DNA from: Stegostoma tigrinum
Taxonomy: Eukaryota
Direction of reading: 5' to 3'
Assembly (NCBI RefSeq): GCF_030684315.1
Contig: NC_081373.1
Span: 31,721,989 to 31,785,988 of the forward strand
DNA: 64,000 nucleotides
The notes beneath the pieces were generated by a model that made no database searches, had not been told where the DNA came from, and saw only the letters and a program-made list of their open reading frames with translations. A program made the position numbers and the translations under genes. Below are positions 59,801 through 64,000 of the stretch, one piece after another (position 1 is the first letter of the stretch; each line of letters begins with the position of its first letter).

Positions 59801-60174
59801 AATTATAACTTGATCCAATTCCTTGCCAAGCTTATCAAAGTAGTTGTATTGCAGAGGTTTTTGTTTAAATGAAGTCTGCTAATAAAGGAAAAGTATTGTG
59901 ATGTGTCTGCTATGGTTTAAACTTAAATGTATCACTTTTATTTTATTGAATGTTGTATCTTTTAATATGACTTCCCTTTTCTAATTATCTGCTTTCATTT
60001 TAGCAATCTGTTATAACATACAGCTACTCTGTGCAAGAAGAGAGTGACAGCTCTCTCTCTGGACGCTGGTCTTTTGATGACGTACCTATGAAACCTCTTC
60101 GAACAGTTATGCTAATTCCTGCTGACCGAATAAATGCAATTATGAACAAACTTGAAGAATACTTAACAATATAA
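44723..60174 (+). CDS. BCCIP: BRCA2 and CDKN1A-interacting protein, complete CDS in 7 exons (891 nt, 296 aa, beta-type C-terminus)
   Basis: Exons 44723-44839, 51370-51444, 51552-51632, 52869-52958, 57672-57856, 59228-59399 and 60004-60174 are in frame and GT-AG. Motifs EVQVDFEA, GIKRLLQQLFLKA, FGFITAINLTERK, LISERFINVPPQI, FINAEEEFF, GRWSFDDVPMKPLRTV. Confidence 0.96.
45416..46810 (-). mobile_element. PLE left arm of an inverted composite in BCCIP intron 1
   Basis: Tail plus pseudo-LTR at 45416-45830, GIY-YIG and C-terminal RT remnants with frameshifts. Confidence 0.88.
46811..50903 (+). mobile_element. PLE right arm (46811-47428 and 50541-50903), split by a CR1 insertion
   Basis: CNCGKCYTC, VVYCICCTCC and QLVFRLGTL on plus; pseudo-LTR sequence aacctgtt|cttcctctca resumes after the CR1. 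Confidence 0.85.
47429..50536 (-). mobile_element. CR1 LINE, near-complete but frameshifted ORF2 (APE endonuclease plus RT)
   Basis: APE motifs LYLNA, GGGVALLV, MGDFN, GSDH; RT motifs NYRPISLTS, LDFQKAFD, QGSVLGP, KFADD; [13 protein letters not shown]; 3' short tandem tail (CTTATGG); flanked by TGTT. Confidence 0.93.
51370..51444 (+). CDS. BCCIP: BCCIP exon 2 (75 nt)
   Basis: EVQVDFEAHAISDNDHNGIKRLLQQ; ctgcag / GTAACT. Confidence 0.93.
51552..51632 (+). CDS. BCCIP: BCCIP exon 3 (81 nt)
   Basis: LFLKASINIIELANIIIQQNHVGSVIR; ttgcag / GTATGT. Confidence 0.93.
52378..52588. mobile_element. Fold-back PLE pseudo-LTR insertion, second subfamily (BCCIP intron 3)
   Basis: Inverted arms around ~52450; TSD TTAAGATGAGAA at 52365-52376 and 52589-52600; decayed hammerhead CUGAGGA-a-ggg...ucc-AAAA-CGUU with 5-bp stem I on minus. 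Confidence 0.75.
52869..52958 (+). CDS. BCCIP: BCCIP exon 4 (90 nt)
   Basis: QAEILDGSNEEDDEDDIFGFITAINLTERK; ttaaag / GTAAAT. Confidence 0.92.
53870..55640 (-). mobile_element. Decayed L2/CR1-clade LINE (BCCIP intron 4)
   Basis: KKFDIIQDKA..IHSLHHQRTTAAVCTIYKMDC remnant; homologous to 14650-17720. Confidence 0.65.
57672..57856 (+). CDS. BCCIP: BCCIP exon 5 (185 nt)
   Basis: GMEPVEQIKELVL...SERFINVPPQISLPLHKQL; ttttag / GTAAGT. Confidence 0.94.
59228..59399 (+). CDS. BCCIP: BCCIP exon 6 (172 nt)
   Basis: TELMDARKTNKSCGKSHYYLMISKTC...FINAEEEFFYE; atttag / GTGAGT. Confidence 0.93.
60004..60174 (+). CDS. BCCIP: BCCIP exon 7 (171 nt including TAA)
   Basis: QSVITYSYSVQEESDSSLSGRWSFDDVPMKPLRTVMLIP...EYLTI*. 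Confidence 0.93.
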   Translation, partial: QSVITYSYSVQEESDSSLSGRWSFDDVPMKPLRTVMLIPADRINAIMNKLEEYLTI

Positions 60175-60291
60175 TGAACTGAAACTACAGAAGTTATCCA
60201 CTTTAGACAAAATGTTTCAAGTTGTAAATATGTGGTTACTTTATCCCATTAATTTGGTATTTTAGTGAAAAGATAAATCTTTTGAAATAGA

Positions 60292-60327
60292 AATAAAAAA
60301 CAATTTCTTGGTTTATTCTCTTTTATT
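60292..60327. terminator. Opposed polyadenylation signals of BCCIP (+) and DHX32 (-)
   Basis: AATAAA at 60292-60297 (plus); TTTATT (minus-strand AATAAA) at 60312-60317 and 60322-60327, with another at 60490-60495. Confidence 0.55.
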
Positions 60328-60546
60328 TAGACAAATGAGTATTAAAATTTTTAAAGTAATACATTTGACCTAAAATTTAACCAGAGTAAAATCCATTAAG
60401 TTAGCTTTAAAGAGTATTAAAGCCTTGAGAGTTCCTGGAGATGTTTTATGTGATGTTTTTCCACAAAATATAAACATAAGCTTTGGCCCTTTATTTTTCT
60501 ATTGAAGTTTTTTTTGCCCAATCTAGTAATTGTGCAATTTAGTCCA

Positions 60547-63972
<3,426 letters not shown>

Positions 63973-64000
63973 TCATTATGTAATGACTAATTTGTTTTAA

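Overview
AT-rich vertebrate genomic DNA, most likely an elasmobranch (shark), judged from HE1-like V-SINEs, SacSINE1-like DeuSINEs and abundant CR1 and Penelope-like repeats. It holds the conserved MMP21-UROS-BCCIP-DHX32 block, reconstructed by hand from translations and GT-AG junctions: MMP21 exons 1-3 (minus, continues past the left edge), complete UROS CDS (minus, 9 coding exons, 261 aa), complete BCCIP CDS (plus, 7 exons, 296 aa, beta-type end; head-to-head with UROS), and the last 5 exons of DHX32 (minus, tail-to-tail with BCCIP). The most unusual signal is a population of Penelope-like element (PLE) ends carrying minimal hammerhead-ribozyme cores, from at least four sequence types. Many occur as ~200-bp fold-back insertions with long target-site duplications (TSDs). 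One young copy sits 32 nt after the UROS stop codon and forms a ~96-bp hairpin with a sense-strand hammerhead. Other leads: a candidate erythroid UROS promoter, a CaaX end on DHX32, a relic duplication around UROS exon 9, and clustered D-box motifs upstream of MMP21. Repeat boundaries are approximate, and all family names come from motif recognition, not database searches.
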